A stretch of DNA of 64,000 nt from Syntrophales bacterium (GTDB taxonomy: Bacteria; Desulfobacterota; Syntrophia; Syntrophales; UBA2210), in contig CAXXNF010000002.1 in the NCBI GenBank assembly GCA_963666365.2, positions 64,001 through 128,000 of the forward strand, in the 5' to 3' direction. This document shows, piece after piece, positions 38,736-47,976 of the stretch; within the stretch, counting starts at the first letter, position 1, and each line of letters begins with the position of its first letter. The notes below the pieces were generated by a model that searched no databases, was not told the DNA's origin, and saw nothing but the letters and a program-made list of their open reading frames with translations. A program made the translations under genes and the position numbers.

Positions 38736-39012
38736 GCTTATCACCTGTATGATGAGACGGCATAAAGCGAGAGCGATTGTTGAGGAATTGCATGGAAGAG
38801 GCATCTTCACGGCAAATGCCAACTCGGCCCGCGGGACCAGCCGGACGAACCCCGGAGGGGTGGAAATAGATGTGGTCACGGTACTGGTGGATGACGGTCA
38901 GGCCGACGAGATTTTTGAATATCTTTATTTCGCCGCCGGGCTTAATGAGCCGCACCATGGGATCATATACCAGGAGCGCCTGGAGAGCGCCACCGATTAC
39001 CGAATTTCATAG
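38728..39012 (+). CDS. P-II-like (GlnB-fold) small regulatory protein
   Basis: MYKLITCMM...SARGTS...EIDVVTVLVDDGQADEIFEYLYFAAGLNEPHHGIIY; typical neighbour of DUF1538 genes. Confidence 0.75.
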   Translation: MYKLITCMMRRHKARAIVEELHGRGIFTANANSARGTSRTNPGGVEIDVVTVLVDDGQADEIFEYLYFAAGLNEPHHGIIYQERLESATDYRIS

Positions 39013-39061
39013 CGGTAATGCCAGATAACGCCGGTGAGAACACATAGATACGTAGAGGAAA

Positions 39062-41173
39062 ATGGACACCACACAAGAGACCCCTTTTATCAACCGTCTG
39101 GCACACGAGTCAAGCCCCTATCTGGTATCTCACGCCCACAATCCCGTGGACTGGTATCCCTGGGGAGATGAAGCCTTTGAAAGGGCGACGGCCGAAAATA
39201 AACCGGTCTTTCTCTCCGTGGGGTACTCCACCTGTCACTGGTGCCATGTAATGGCCCGGGAATCCTTTGAAAATGAAGAGATCGCCGCCCTCATGAACCA
39301 GGCCTTCATCTCCGTCAAGGTGGACCGCGAGGAACGACCCGATATCGACAAGCTCTATATGGCCGTCTGTCAAAGGCTCACCGGAAGCGGCGGCTGGCCT
39401 CTGACAGTCATCATGACTCCCGAGAGGAAACCCTTTTTCGCCGCCACCTACATCCCCGGAGAAAGCCGTTTCGGCATGAAGGGAATGCGCGAGCTGATTC
39501 CTCTTATCCGCAGCGTGTGGGACAATGACCGGCAGGAAGTCGACAGGATAGCTGAGCAGATTACGGCATCCTTCCGGGAACCGGCTGTTCCGCAGAAAAA
39601 AGCGGCTGTTGGTGCAGCAACCATCGAGGAGGCGTTCATTCAGCTCAGCCGCATATACGACAGCCACTATGGCGGATTCGGAAAGGTGCCGAAATTTCCC
39701 ACGCCTCACAACGTATCCTTTCTGCTCCGCTTCCGGCACAGGACGAAACGCGAAGAGGCGCTTCACATGGTCGAACATACGCTCACCGCAATGAGGACGG
39801 GGGGCATCTATGACCAGATCGGCTTCGGATTCCACCGCTACTCCACCGATGCAAAGTGGCTCGTGCCCCACTTCGAAAAGATGCTCTATGACCAGGCGCT
39901 TCTGCTGTATGCCTACGTAGAGGCCTATCAGGTGACGAAGAAGGATTTCTACAAAACAACAGCGGAAGAAATCGCCCACTATGTGCGGTCCGCGATGACT
40001 GACGGAGAAGGCGGATTCTACTCGGCCGAGGATGCGGACAGCGAGGGGGTGGAGGGAAAATTCTATCTCTGGACGAAAGCGGAGATAGAGGCGGTGCTCG
40101 ATGAAGCCGATGCGGCCTTTGCCTGTGAAATGTTCGGAATCGAAAAGGACGGCAATTTTCTGGATGAAATCGAAGGCAGGAAAAAAGGCGTCAACATACC
40201 CTGTCTGCCAAGATCTCATGCCGATGCGGCGCGGCACTTCGCCATGACTGAAGAGGCCCTGCGCCGGCGTCTCGAAGCTGTGCGGGAGACCCTTTTTCAC
40301 AAGAGAAGCGCACGGATACATCCGGACAGGGACGATAAAATCCTTCTCGACTGGAACGGGCTGATGATCGCAGCGCTTGCCAAAGCGGGACGGGCTTTTC
40401 ACAATGATGCGTACTGCTGCGCCGCGGAAAGGGCGGCACAGTTCATCCTTGAGCGTATGAGAGATGCCGACGGCCGCCTGCTGCACCGCTACCGGAAAGG
40501 AAATGCCGGTATAGCGGCACATCTGGACGATTACGCCTTTTTTATATGGGGACTTATCGAACTGTACGAGGCCACGTATAAAGAGGACTACCTGCGTATT
40601 GCCTGCGACCTTGCCGAAGATATGATCGATCGATTCTGGGACGACAAGGCGGGAGGATTGTACTTTACGCCCAGGAGCGAGACGGATCTCCTCTTTCGTC
40701 AAAAAGAGATCTACGACGGCGCTGTCCCCTCGGGCAACTCGGTGTCGCTGGCCAATATGGTCCGCCTCGGCATGCTTTCAATGAATCCCCTTTTCATGGA
40801 CAAGGCTTCGGAACTCATCTTGTTTTTTTCTCAGACGGTCATGGCATCACCGGCGGGAAGCACCCATTTTCTTGCGGCCTGCGACCTTGCCCTCGGCCCT
40901 TCCTATGAAATCATTGTGGCAGGCAGGCGGCAATCGGCAGACACGCAAGAAATGCTTGCCTCGCTCGACTCGGACTACTATCCCCATGTAACGGTGCTGC
41001 TTCATCCCGTCGACGAGGAGACCTCTTCCATCAAAAGCATTGCCGATTTTACCCGCAATCTCACGCCGCTTGAGGGAAAAGCGACGGCCTATGTCTGCGA
41101 ACGGGGCGCCTGCAGGCTTCCCACCACAGACATAGGGCGCATGCTGTCTGAATTCCGGGGACAGTATACGTAA
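39062..41173 (+). CDS. Thioredoxin-domain/(alpha/alpha)6-barrel protein, YyaL/DUF255/SPATA20 family
   Basis: [50 protein letters not shown]. Confidence 0.95.
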   Translation: MDTTQETPFINRLAHESSPYLVSHAHNPVDWYPWGDEAFERATAENKPVFLSVGYSTCHWCHVMARESFENEEIAALMNQAFISVKVDREERPDIDKLYMAVCQRLTGSGGWPLTVIMTPERKPFFAATYIPGESRFGMKGMRELIPLIRSVWDNDRQEVDRIAEQITASFREPAVPQKKAAVGAATIEEAFIQLSRIYDSHYGGFGKVPKFPTPHNVSFLLRFRHRTKREEALHMVEHTLTAMRTGGIYDQIGFGFHRYSTDAKWLVPHFEKMLYDQALLLYAYVEAYQVTKKDFYKTTAEEIAHYVRSAMTDGEGGFYSAEDADSEGVEGKFYLWTKAEIEAVLDEADAAFACEMFGIEKDGNFLDEIEGRKKGVNIPCLPRSHADAARHFAMTEEALRRRLEAVRETLFHKRSARIHPDRDDKILLDWNGLMIAALAKAGRAFHNDAYCCAAERAAQFILERMRDADGRLLHRYRKGNAGIAAHLDDYAFFIWGLIELYEATYKEDYLRIACDLAEDMIDRFWDDKAGGLYFTPRSETDLLFRQKEIYDGAVPSGNSVSLANMVRLGMLSMNPLFMDKASELILFFSQTVMASPAGSTHFLAACDLALGPSYEIIVAGRRQSADTQEMLASLDSDYYPHVTVLLHPVDEETSSIKSIADFTRNLTPLEGKATAYVCERGACRLPTTDIGRMLSEFRGQYT

Positions 41174-41266
41174 TTCGGGATTCCTGTAAAGAATTGAGGT
41201 CCCCTTCCTCAGTGACTGTGCAACTCGATCAAAAATTTTTGAATTAAGTATGATGCCCTCGTAAAT
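41151..41266. repeat. MITE/REPIN-like element, GGGGACAGTATACTTAATTC family (copy 1)
   Basis: Left arm AATTCCGGGGACAGTATACGTAATTC, degenerate right arm GAATTAAGTATGATGCCC; interior start resembles the reverse complement of the 47656-47767 copy. Confidence 0.75.
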
Positions 41267-41268
41267 AG

Positions 41269-41505
41269 TCAATCGGTTTCTATGATGATGCCGCACTGTT
41301 CGCAGCGGTAGCGGATTTTCTGCGTGCCTTCCGGTTCAATTTCATCAAAATCACAGTGCTTCCTGCCATACACTTCAAAACATTCGGGACAATACTTCTG
41401 TGAGCCAAGTTCGTCGGCATCGATGGTAAGATGACAGTGTCGGCACCGCAGCACAGGTTTCTTTTCCGGCAATAGCACAAGGGTAAGGTGTCTGCATGAA
41501 GTCAT
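41269..41505 (-). CDS. Small Cys-rich (zinc-ribbon-like) hypothetical protein
   Basis: CRHC, CPEC and CEQC motifs in 78 aa, start ATG 41505. Confidence 0.75.
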   Translation of the reverse strand: MTSCRHLTLVLLPEKKPVLRCRHCHLTIDADELGSQKYCPECFEVYGRKHCDFDEIEPEGTQKIRYRCEQCGIIIETD

Positions 41506-41573
41506 AGTACGCGGCGTTTTCTGACGTGTGGGTTCATATAGGCATTGCAATTTCTACAGACTCGTAAAAGACG

Positions 41574-41599
41574 TCACTACGGTGAAAACCGGCGCCCAG
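41574..41599. repeat. Degenerate half REP-like element (GTCACTACGGTGAAAACCGGCGCCCAG)
   Basis: Same GTCA...CGG-loop-CCGG...CCAG layout as the left half of the 467-554 element. Confidence 0.35.
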
Positions 41600-41721
41600 A
41601 GCAACCGGATTTAAAAAAGGGATTTCATTCCCTCTCGAATTGTGAGAAAAATACACTCTTGAGAAAAAATGTCAAGCACTATCAGGATGAAAGACGGCCT
41701 GTTCCGTGAGAGGTTAAACAG

Positions 41722-42264
41722 ATGGACATATGCGACATGCGCTTTCCCCGTCAGTTGGAAACGGAGGGTTCTGATCAAATAATTCGCAGGGAGTTGATGG
41801 TGCACACCTCAAGGCTCTGGTCCGGAAGTAGAATGGATGTGCCGGTCATTTCCATGAGCGAACCGTTGATGACGGCACTGAAAAAGGCGAGTTATGAACG
41901 CCGGATTCGCTATGGCCTCGATGCCATCATTGAAAAACTGGCCGGTGAAAAGCGGGGGATTGCACATGTCAGAAAACGCACCGGCCGTTTCTATGGAGAC
42001 CGGATTTCCCGACTTCTCTTGCTTTCCAACGATGGCGCGGAACGTTTCTATCGCCATATCGAGCAGATGATACTGCAGGTACACGCCCCCAGACTGCTCT
42101 GCTGCCTTCTGAATATCGACAGCAACGCCCTCAGCCAGGCATGTACGGGTAAAGAAGGGGTGATAAAGGCCATTATGGCCGAACATAAAGATGTTGCCTC
42201 CGACATCCTGCGCGCCCTTGTGGCCATAAAGAATTCCGGGGACAGTAGATCCCGACAATTATGA
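41722..42264 (+). CDS. Hypothetical protein, possibly L7Ae/L30e-like fold
   Basis: Open 180-aa frame; pattern ALKKA...YGLDAI...RLLLLSNDG...LSQACTGKEG recalls L7Ae; start codon uncertain. Confidence 0.6.
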   Translation: MDICDMRFPRQLETEGSDQIIRRELMVHTSRLWSGSRMDVPVISMSEPLMTALKKASYERRIRYGLDAIIEKLAGEKRGIAHVRKRTGRFYGDRISRLLLLSNDGAERFYRHIEQMILQVHAPRLLCCLLNIDSNALSQACTGKEGVIKAIMAEHKDVASDILRALVAIKNSGDSRSRQL

Positions 42265-42425
42265 CAGGGTCAATAAAAGAGGTCCGGTTCCTATAGAGAA
42301 GTCAGCCCGCAGCTTTTACGGGGCGACGTTCCTTTTTGACGCCGTTGGCGACAAGCTCGGGATTGCCGCAAAAAAAGTCACTGGTACATTGATCCGGGAA
42401 TTTAGGTGGTAAAGAGAACGAAACC

Positions 42426-43229
42426 ATGAAAAAAGCATATGTTCACGGGTACAATCCTCGAGAGAACATTCGATTGCAGGATCAGGCTACGACCTTGGTC
42501 GACCTGCTCCATTACGATACCACATATCCAGCGGGAAGCTGTGTGTTGGAAGCCGGTTGCGGCGTTGGCGCACAAACGGTGACGCTGGCGAAAAATAGCC
42601 CCGGAGCTTCGATCGTATCCGTTGACATATCAGAACACTCGGTCGCGCAAGCCAAACAGAAGGTGCAAGCGGCAGGGTTGACCAATGTCCGTTTCCAGCA
42701 GGGGGATATTTTTCATCTGCCCTTTGCCCCGCATTCGTTTGATCATGTCTTTGTGTGCTTTGTCTTGGAGCACTTGAAAGAGCCGTGCGTCGCCTTACAG
42801 AAGTTAAAAGCATATCTAAAGCCGGGTCGAACAATTACGGTCATTGAAGGTGACCATGGTTCCGTCTATTTTTATCCTGAAAGCGATGCCGCGCATGCCG
42901 CGATTCACTGCCAGGTTGAATTGCAGTCTCGCGCGGGTGGAAACGCGTTGATTGGAAGGTCTCTGTATCCGTTGCTGGTTGCCGCGGGCTATCGCGAAGT
43001 CCGGGTCTCTCCTCGGATGGTATATGTCGATTCCAGCAAGCCAGAACTGGTCGATGGATTCACAAGAAAGACATTTACGGCCATGATCAAGGGGGTACGT
43101 CAATCAGCGATCGAGGAAGGCATCATAGACTCTGCTACATTCGACAAAGGAATCGAGGATCTATATCGGACGACCGAACCGGATGGTACATTCTGCTACA
43201 CTTTCTTCAAGGCCGAAGGGAACGCATGA
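42426..43229 (+). CDS. Class I SAM-dependent methyltransferase
   Basis: VLEAGCGVG motif I, SVDIS, QGDIFHLPF, SFDHVFVCFVLEHL. Confidence 0.93.
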   Translation: MKKAYVHGYNPRENIRLQDQATTLVDLLHYDTTYPAGSCVLEAGCGVGAQTVTLAKNSPGASIVSVDISEHSVAQAKQKVQAAGLTNVRFQQGDIFHLPFAPHSFDHVFVCFVLEHLKEPCVALQKLKAYLKPGRTITVIEGDHGSVYFYPESDAAHAAIHCQVELQSRAGGNALIGRSLYPLLVAAGYREVRVSPRMVYVDSSKPELVDGFTRKTFTAMIKGVRQSAIEEGIIDSATFDKGIEDLYRTTEPDGTFCYTFFKAEGNA

Positions 43230-43239
43230 AAGCCGGAGT

Positions 43240-43270
43240 AATTCCGGGGACAGAGAATTCCCCCGGAATT
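43240..43270. repeat. Internally deleted copy of the AATTCCGGGG...CCCCGGAATT element; possible terminator hairpin
   Basis: AATTCCGGGG (43240-43249) and CCCCGGAATT (43261-43270) between convergent stop codons. Confidence 0.75.
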
Positions 43271-43276
43271 GAATGC

Positions 43277-43480
43277 TTATGCATCGACTTCGATGTCGAA
43301 GGTCAGTCGGGACACGCAGGCGTAGGTGTAGCCTTTTACGCGTTCCTCATCAGGAAGTTCATTCTCGTGCATTTCGACTGTGCCTTTATTGAGTTTGACT
43401 CTGCAGGCGCCGCACACCCCACTGTCAAGCCTGAACAGAGAGGCAGTCTCGACACCTCCTCGATTCCCCGGTACGCGACG
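43277..43480 (-). pseudogene. Plant-type [2Fe-2S] ferredoxin remnant (not in ORF track)
   Basis: Manual translation: ...SGVCGACRVKLNKGTVEMHENELPDEERVKGYTYACVSRLTFDIEVDA*; first Cys ligand and an in-frame start are missing. Confidence 0.75.
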
Positions 43481-43560
43481 ACCGTATCCCCCTGTTGATC
43501 GGCAGGAGAAGAGAGCATATTCAACGTTGTATCCATATACGATCCTTAATGATCATGGCA

Positions 43561-43584
43561 GCCCCGGATTCATCGATCCGGGGC
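43561..43584. terminator. GC-rich hairpin downstream of hcp
   Basis: GCCCCGGAT-TCATCG-ATCCGGGGC; no clean U-tract on the hcp strand. Confidence 0.4.
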
Positions 43585-43616
43585 GTGCTGGTTTTGTGTT
43601 GATCGTACGAAATTAA

Positions 43617-45263
43617 TTAATTTCCCGCCATCATCGCGGCAATATCCTCCTCGACGGCCCCGATGGGCTTTATATCGAATTTCTCGACAAGCACCTTGGC
43701 CACTGTGAGTGAAAGGAAGCCCGGCAGCGTGGGACCCAGCCGGATGCCCTTGACGCCGAGATAAAGCAGGGCGCGCAGCACGGCCACCGTCATCTGTTCA
43801 TACCAGACGATGTCGTAGGAAATGGGCAGCTCGTTGATGTCGTTGAGGCCGAAGGCTTCTTTGAGTTTCAGGGCGATGACCGCCAGAGAGTATGAATCGT
43901 TGCAGTGGCCCGCATCGAGGACGCGATGAATGCCGCCGATAGCGCCCAGAGAAAGCTTGCTGTAGCGATATTTGGCGCATCCGGCCGTCAGGATCATGCG
44001 TGGTATCGGGGGGCAGCTTCTCGGCCACTTCGGTAAAGTAGCCGCGGGCCTTTTGCCGTTCGTCGCAGCCGGCCATGACGGCAAAGCGCTTAATGGCGGC
44101 GGATTTCACGGCGTCGATTACCTGATCGGCCAGGGCCAGACTCTGATTGTGGGCAAAGCCGCCGACGAGCGTGCCGGACTCGATCTCCTGCGGAGGGGCG
44201 CATTGCTTGGCCCGTTCAATGACTGCGGAAAAATCCTTTGCCCCGCCCGCCCGCCGGTTCGCAATGTGTGCGGCGCCCGGATAGTTGACCACACCGGTGG
44301 TAAACAGCCGGTCCAGATAGGTGTTGTCTTTTCTTACCGGGATCAGGCAGTTGGTGGTGAGGACGATGGGGCCGTTAAAGGATTCGAACTCGTTGTTCTG
44401 GCGCCACCACGCCCCGCCGTAGTTGCCGATAAAGTGACGGTATTTTTTGAAGGCCGGATAGTAGTTGGCTGGCAGCATCTCGCCGTGGGTGTATACATCC
44501 ACTCCGGTGCCTTCCGTCTGTGCGAGCAGTTCCTCCATGTCTTTCAGGTCGTAACCGGAAAACAGGATTCCGGTATTCTTACCCACGCCGATGTTTACCT
44601 CCGTAATTTCAGGATTACCATAGGCGTTGGTATTTGCCTTGTCCAGCAGGGCCATGGTGTTGACGGCGGTTTCTCCCGCCTTCATGATCAGACCAAACAT
44701 CTCATCCGTCGAAAGATCCCTGGTGGTCGACGCAAGCGCCTCCATGAGAAAGCCGTAGACGTCTTCTTCATAGCCGAGAATCGCGGCGCAGTCAGCATAG
44801 GCGGTGATTCCCTTGCTGCCGATGATCAGCAGCTCTTTCAGAGAACGGACATCCTCGTTTTGAACAGCCATGATGCGAACCTCATCGGACATGGCCTTAG
44901 CCATGATTGCTTCCTTGTGATCGGAAGCCCAAGTGGCGCAATCCTTCAGCATACCGCATACATCCGATCCGAGTTTTTCTTTCACCGCGCCGCGCACCTT
45001 GAGGGCCTGTCTGATCCGGTTGATAATTACCTCATCGTCCCAGGCTACGTTGGTAATGGTGATGAAAAGGGCTTCACAGATGAAGCGACCGGCATTTTTA
45101 TCCACCGCCCCTTTCTCCTTCAACAGTTCCCCTACACTGAAATCCCTTTGCACAGGTAAATGAGCAGATCCTGAAGATCGGCGGTTTCTTCGGGCTTGCC
45201 GCACACGCCCCTGACGATGCAGTCGGTGTTCTTGGCCGTTTCCTGACATTGAAAACAAAATAT
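43617..45263 (-). pseudogene. hcp: Hybrid-cluster protein (hydroxylamine reductase) pseudogene
   Basis: GGAGG then [69 protein letters not shown]. Frameshifts near 45135 and 44000; GHDL>GYDL and EQKA>EQMT substitutions. Confidence 0.93.
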
Positions 45264-45632
45264 GATTTTTTCCTCCTGTCTGCTGTTAGTTTCAAACATT
45301 ATGCCTCACTCTATTTCAAAAATTGGTCTGTGTCTTTGCGCCGGCAAAAACAGGGGCGTCAAAGCACGAAAAATTTTAAGTTCCGTCAGAGGACAGGTTC
45401 TCGGAAAAATGTTACATTAAAATGCCCTTATGCATGTGCGGCGTAATTTGATTTTTCAACTGCATCAAATTGTGCTATATTTCGAGACAAACTGACATCG
45501 TGATAGCAGGTTGGGATAGTTTTCGTTTCTGTCGTTCCGGCGGAAATGATGAACAGGGAAAAGCGCAGTTTAAACAAGTGATAACATATCAACAGGATAG
45601 ACCATGCATTATTTGTTTAGAAAGGAAAAGAC

Positions 45633-46394
45633 ATGAAGACACGTATATGGATTGTTGCCGCAGTTGTACTGTTCCTCTTCCCTGTGATGGCGCATGCCGA
45701 GTGGGAGAGAACCATCAGTGCCTGGGACACACGCCTCCCCGACGAGGGGAAGGTGCAGGTGTCGTTCTGGGGAGGGTATTGGGAGACGGAGGTAAGGGGT
45801 GTCGATATCCAGGAAAATACCGGTTACATTGATATTACCTACGGTGTGTCGGATAGATGGTCATTCTGCGTGTCTCCTTCAGTCTATCGATGGAATCTGG
45901 AGCCGGGTCCCGCTGAGTCCGGCCTTTCCGACACCAGCGTCATGACGACCTACCGCTTCCTCGATGAGAATACGGATACGTTTGATGTGGCGATCCAGGG
46001 CGGGGTTAGTCTGCCTACAGGAGATGACGACAAGGGCCTGGGTTCGGGGAAAGTGGAACCGGGCGCAACGTTGCTTATTTCAAAAACGCTTGGGCCGTTT
46101 ATCGCCGTGGCCAACCTTGGCGGGAGGGCGATAATCGATTCCCGTGTCGGCGAAAAGGATTTTGTGGGATGGGCGATTCTCGAAGGTGTCTATCCCCTGA
46201 CCGAGCGACTGAGCCTTAACCTGTCGTTTTCCGCTTCGACGAAACGATATGATAATGCCGATGACGGCGCCGATGTGGGCTTAGGCTTTCGATTCACGCC
46301 GGTGAAGTGGATGTTCCTTGGCGGCATGGCCTATGCGAGTTTTACCGACGCCTACGACTGGGGCGTTAATCTCGCTGTGGGCTTTGAATTCTAA
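45633..46394 (+). CDS. Outer-membrane beta-barrel, COG4313/SphA-like transporter family
   Basis: Signal peptide (MAHA-E), SGLSDT, SLPTGDDDKGLGSG, alternating aromatic strands, C-terminal Phe. Confidence 0.8.
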   Translation: MKTRIWIVAAVVLFLFPVMAHAEWERTISAWDTRLPDEGKVQVSFWGGYWETEVRGVDIQENTGYIDITYGVSDRWSFCVSPSVYRWNLEPGPAESGLSDTSVMTTYRFLDENTDTFDVAIQGGVSLPTGDDDKGLGSGKVEPGATLLISKTLGPFIAVANLGGRAIIDSRVGEKDFVGWAILEGVYPLTERLSLNLSFSASTKRYDNADDGADVGLGFRFTPVKWMFLGGMAYASFTDAYDWGVNLAVGFEF

Positions 46395-46414
46395 GAGATT
46401 GCTTCGTCGCTGTC

Positions 46415-46474
46415 AATTCCGGGGACAGTATACTTAATTCAAGGCGCAATTCCGAATTAAATATCCCCGGAATT
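46415..46474. repeat. GGGGACAGTATACTTAATTC family element (rearranged copy) at the IS110 3' side
   Basis: Perfect left arm AATTCCGGGGACAGTATACTTAATTC (46415-46440), shortened right arm GAATTAAATATCCCCGGAATT; extra IR GGCGCAATTCCG/CGGAATTGCGCC (46443-46479). Confidence 0.85.
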
Positions 46475-47655
46475 GCGCCGGCAAGGCCCGGCGGGAAGAT
46501 CTTCATCTTGGCAGGTGTATATATTTTACAGCTTCTGCTTCAAGCTGCTCTAAATTCAGAGGGAAGCTTGAAATCTGTCCCTTTTCTATCAACGGCCAGC
46601 ATTGCCCTGTTCCGGTTACCTTTCTTCAGTTCCGGTTCATACGCGATTGCCAGTTGCTCATTCCACTGCGGTGCAAGCTTTGCGGCCTCGATGAGCATGG
46701 TCTGCAGGTGCTTGTTGCGTTTCTTGGAGATCGTGCCGCGCTGTTTCTTCCCCGCCGATTCCCTCTGTGCGCTGCACAGCCCGCAGTAACTGACTGCCTT
46801 CCGAATGGATGTAAATCGTCCCGGATCGTCGATCTCCAGCACCCAAGTCAGGGCTGTTATCTCTCCTACGTCTGGGATGTTCATGAGACGCTGCACCCGA
46901 TCACGGATTAGGCTGTGAGTGCGAAGCGTTGCAATAAGTTGCTTCTGGAACGAGCGAAACATCTCATAGCTTGAACGGCTCAGATGTAGAAGTTCCTTAA
47001 CGGAAGGGGGAATCTCATCGACTCGTTCAAGGAGTTCACAGAAATATTTCTTATCATGCAGCCGTTTCTTACTGTATGAAGCACCAACTTCCATGAGCAA
47101 GCCTGACATCTTGTTCTGCACCTTCACTGCCGTTCGAACAATGTGGTTACGATACCGTAATATCCGTCTCAGTTCACGAATTTCTTCTGAAAGCATGTAA
47201 CATTCAGGGAGGAGATTCACCCGCAACAGATCAGCTATCTTCTCGGCATAGGCTTTATCGTTCTTTTTCTTGGCGACCGTTATAGCCTTGAGCATCACAG
47301 GATGAGCCACCTTCAGGGCAAGGGCGTGCGGTTTGAGAAAATCCTATACCCATCCTGTGAACATAGTCGCCTCCATCGCGCCTATCCAGGGTCCCGGCAG
47401 ACCCTTCACCCATCTCTCCAGTGACTGCCTGTCGGCCCCTATCTTTCCCTGGTCAATCAAACATCCGTCAATGGCCTTAATACAATAGGCAATTACTTTC
47501 TTGTGAATGTCCAACCCGATATAATACAACCTGCTCATGGGAAACCTCCTTGTGGTTTATTTCTGGGCGAGGCCGTCTCGTTCCAGCAGTTTGTCTATAC
47601 ACACAATATCAACTGCCGGGAGGTTTCCTCCAATCTTTCTTACTTATGCATTCAA
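46475..47655 (-). mobile_element. Inactivated IS110-family element (transposase 47538-46540)
   Basis: YIGLDIHKK, AMEAT, KKND (DEDD RuvC-like domain); SYCGLCSAQRESAGK (Tnp20 domain). In-frame TAG at 47346-47344; DxxD reads DKAY. Element ends are approximate. Confidence 0.9.
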
Positions 47656-47767
47656 ACAGTATACTTAATTCTAATTAAAAAGCTTTGAGTGTTTTCTGCA
47701 GGTCGAGGCGGAGAGGATTCTTTTGTCTTTATAGGGATTCCGAATTAAGTATACTGTCCCCGGAATT
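47656..47767. repeat. GGGGACAGTATACTTAATTC family element truncated at the IS110 5' end
   Basis: Complete arm GAATTAAGTATACTGTCCCCGGAATT (47742-47767); the other arm starts ACAGTATACTTAATTC at 47656, lacking AATTCCGGGG. Confidence 0.88.
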
Positions 47768-47771
47768 TTCG

Positions 47772-47810
47772 TTGACATGAGTGCAATAAGTGAATAGTAT
47801 TCACTTATTG
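47772..47810 (+). promoter_or_regulatory. sigma70 promoter with overlapping perfect palindromic operator (probable TetR site)
   Basis: TTGACA (47772-47777), 17 nt, TAGTAT (47795-47800); CAATAAGTGAATA-G-TATTCACTTATTG (47784-47810) covers the -10. Confidence 0.85.
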
Positions 47811-47976
47811 AGGGTTTGTCAGCACAAAAGGCAGAGCTGCGCAACATCCCGTGATAGCCGTGATTTACGGTAAGGAGGGGAAAGGGCTGTGTGCGGGTAT
47901 AAATGGCGCCGCCGGTGAGACCGACACCGTGCGCGGGTCAGTGGCGCATGTCTTCAAGGGGAAGGGGGGTACACTC

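Noticed and set aside
43226..43616. ORF-track calls 43226-43498, 43336-43536 and 43380-43616
   Set aside because: The recognisable coding signal is a ferredoxin remnant in a different minus-strand frame.
45440..45490. Possible HcpR/Crp-Fnr site upstream of hcp (TTTGAT-N11-ATCAAA)
   Set aside because: Spacing does not fit TTGAT-N4-ATCAA or TTGTGA-N6-TCACAA; too weak to call.
47344..47346. In-frame TAG in the IS110 transposase as recoding (pyrrolysine or alternative code)
   Set aside because: TAG is a normal stop for many genes here and the transposase has other inactivating changes.
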